Below, one piece after another: positions 62,277 to 64,000 of a DNA stretch of 64,000 bases. The first letter of the stretch is position 1. Each line of letters begins with the position of its first letter. This DNA comes from Gracilinanus agilis. Its lineage: Eukaryota. The position numbers were made by a program, and so were the translations under genes. The stretch spans positions 207,571,048 through 207,635,047 of the forward strand of contig NC_058130.1 in assembly GCF_016433145.1 (NCBI RefSeq). The letters run 5' to 3'. The notes under the pieces were generated by a model. It was not told where the DNA came from, searched no databases, and was given only the letters and a program-made list of their open reading frames with translations.

Positions 62277-62410
62277 TTTCTATGCTCAAATAAGTGAATG
62301 GACTTGTCTTATTTTCTCCATTTTTTTCATTCACAGCCTGGACATAGTAACCTCCTGTATCACCTGCTGTTGTTGCCAAGATCACCAGCTGATTCTCCAG
62401 TGTTATAGCT
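62277..62410 (-). CDS. SDK1: Sidekick-1 internal coding exon (C-terminal half of Ig domain 2; probably equivalent to human exon 5)
   Basis: Minus strand: acceptor cctttgttttttttttaaacag|A GCT ATA ACA CTG ... AGC ATA GAA A|gtgagt donor. 134 nt, open frame, phase 2 start and phase 1 end. The peptide [44 protein letters not shown] matches my recollection of SDK1 ([10 protein letters not shown]...[11 protein letters not shown]) better than SDK2. Confidence 0.93.
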
Positions 62411-63219
62411 CTGTTTAAAAAAAAAACAAAGGATAATATCAACTCACTGAAGAGAATTTCTCATTTTCTAAGGCAAAAGTATTTTTGTCATCTATACTGG
62501 AATACCCGAAAATTAAAAAAAAGGAGGGGGTAAGATAAGGAGACCTTGAGAGATAAAACAAATCTCTGGGCAGGCTTTAAGGAATTTTAGGTTGCTGAAC
62601 AGTGATAAATACTTATAGAATAACACACAGCAGACTATAATACTTGGAAGATAAAAATTAGAAAAAATAATGGAGCCCTTTGGTTGGGTATCAATAACTG
62701 AGAACAGAAAGGGACATTTCAGTGATGTAATAAAATGAATTTCCTTTATGGGGCTCATCATTCATACTTCTAATAAAGAATCTCCCTTAAATTATTTCTC
62801 ATTCTCATTTTTATTAGCTAGATCATAACTATTTAACTTTCTTTCTTCAAGCAAAACAAAAGTCTTCCCTATAAATCTGACACATACAAAATCTTCAACT
62901 TACATCAAAAGATCATATTTCTAATTCAATTCACTAAGTAGTGGTTATGCAAAAAGCATTCTGGTGGGTATTTTGGAAGCAAAGACAAAAGTACAACACT
63001 ACCTGCAATCAAGAAGCTTAAATTCCCCTAGGGGAAACAACATGCACACAAAGAAGAAAATACAAGGTAATTTCACATAAGCATCAATTTGGGTGGGAGG
63101 TAGGGAGGAAATCAATGAAGGCTTCATGGAAGAAAGGACATTTGGGGTGAGCCTGAAATGAATGCTGATAAGGATACTGAGAGGTAGAGGGTGGAAGAGG
63201 GAATGCATTCCATTAAAAA

Positions 63220-63260
63220 CACACACACACACACACACACATGCACACACACACACACAC
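63220..63260. repeat. (CA)n microsatellite within L2 fragments (about 63010-63620)
   Basis: Read directly. Confidence 0.95.
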
Positions 63261-63687
63261 GCGTTTATTATGTCTACCATGTGCCATGTATTGTGTTAAG
63301 TGCAACAAAAAGGGGGGAAAGACAGCCTGCTCTGAAGGAGATTCCAATCTCTAGATATGGAGCAGAGTTTGTATGAATTAAAATACTAAGAGATGATGAA
63401 TTGAATTCAAGAATAGTTTAGTAATTGACCGGAACACAGAGTACAATGAAAGACAGAAATATTAAATATGAAAAGATGGGCAGAAGCCAGATAAGGTAGG
63501 AAGTGCTTTAAATTCAAGACTGAGGTGTTTATAGTTTATCCTCGAGGAGAGAATGATCCATTTAAGATTCTGGAGTCAAGGGGTGGCATGGTCAAGTCTG
63601 TACCTTTGGAATATTGTTTTAGGAGCTATGTTGACTCCAAGAACGAAGGTAAGGGTTTAAAAAGAAAAAAAAGAATTTTGTAAATTT

Positions 63688-63858
63688 GCACCCTAATACA
63701 AATATCAATAGTATGGAAATAGGTCTTGATCAATATCACATGTAAAACCCAGTGGAACTGCACAGCGGCTATTGGAAGGGAGGTGGCGAGAGAGGAGGAA
63801 AAGAACATGAATCTTGTAACCATAGAAAAATATCCTAAATTTATTAAATAAAAATTTC
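63688..63858 (+). mobile_element. Short L1 3'UTR insertion into the A-tail of a SINE1 stub (about 63625-63660)
   Basis: 27-bp direct repeat aaagaaaaaaaagaattttgtaaattt at 63661-63687 and 63859-63885; L1 3'UTR motifs ggaaataggtcttgatcaat...aaaacccagtggaa. Confidence 0.88.
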
Positions 63859-64000
63859 AAAGAAAAAAAAGAATTTTGTAAATTTTAGATACTTACATAA
63901 ATTAGTTATTGTCATTTCAGGTATTCATTAACCCTTTTAACACCAGAATTCTATATTGTCAAAAATGTACTACAGCCTTCAAGGTATACAACTCTGAATG

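Larger units (their letters stand above)
62411..64000 (-). other. SDK1: SDK1 intron upstream of the exon (3' end with polypyrimidine tract)
   Basis: T-rich tract and CAG acceptor immediately before the exon. Confidence 0.85.

Noticed and set aside
1-64000. tRNA, rRNA, snoRNA, CRISPR, endogenous non-retroviral virus genes, or a second SDK1 exon
   Set aside because: None recognised; tRNA-like boxes are SINE heads only. Inspection by eye cannot fully exclude diverged elements.

Overview
AT-rich, repeat-dense marsupial DNA. The SINE1_Mdo-like, Mar1, MIR, L2, CR1/L3, RTE and marsupial L1 repeats point to the opossum Monodelphis domestica or a close relative (inference from recalled consensus sequences). 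The only confident coding sequence is a 134-bp minus-strand internal exon at 62277-62410, which the ORF track misses. It encodes (I)[44 protein letters not shown](R), which I recognise as the second Ig domain of Sidekick-1 (SDK1). The other ~62 kb is therefore the large downstream SDK1 intron; I did not find the next exon. The intron holds nested LTRs, L1 fragments, SINEs and hAT MITEs, many with readable target-site duplications (TSDs), plus several TE-free blocks that look regulatory. One 176-nt N gap is present. I found no convincing new biological system. The best leads are a recursive-splice-site-like motif, a possible poison exon, a pair of exon-like segments inside a 193-codon ORF, a CTCF motif carried by a hAT MITE, and an L1 insertion with a 27-bp TSD. 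Repeat boundaries without a TSD are approximate, and family names come from memory rather than a database search.
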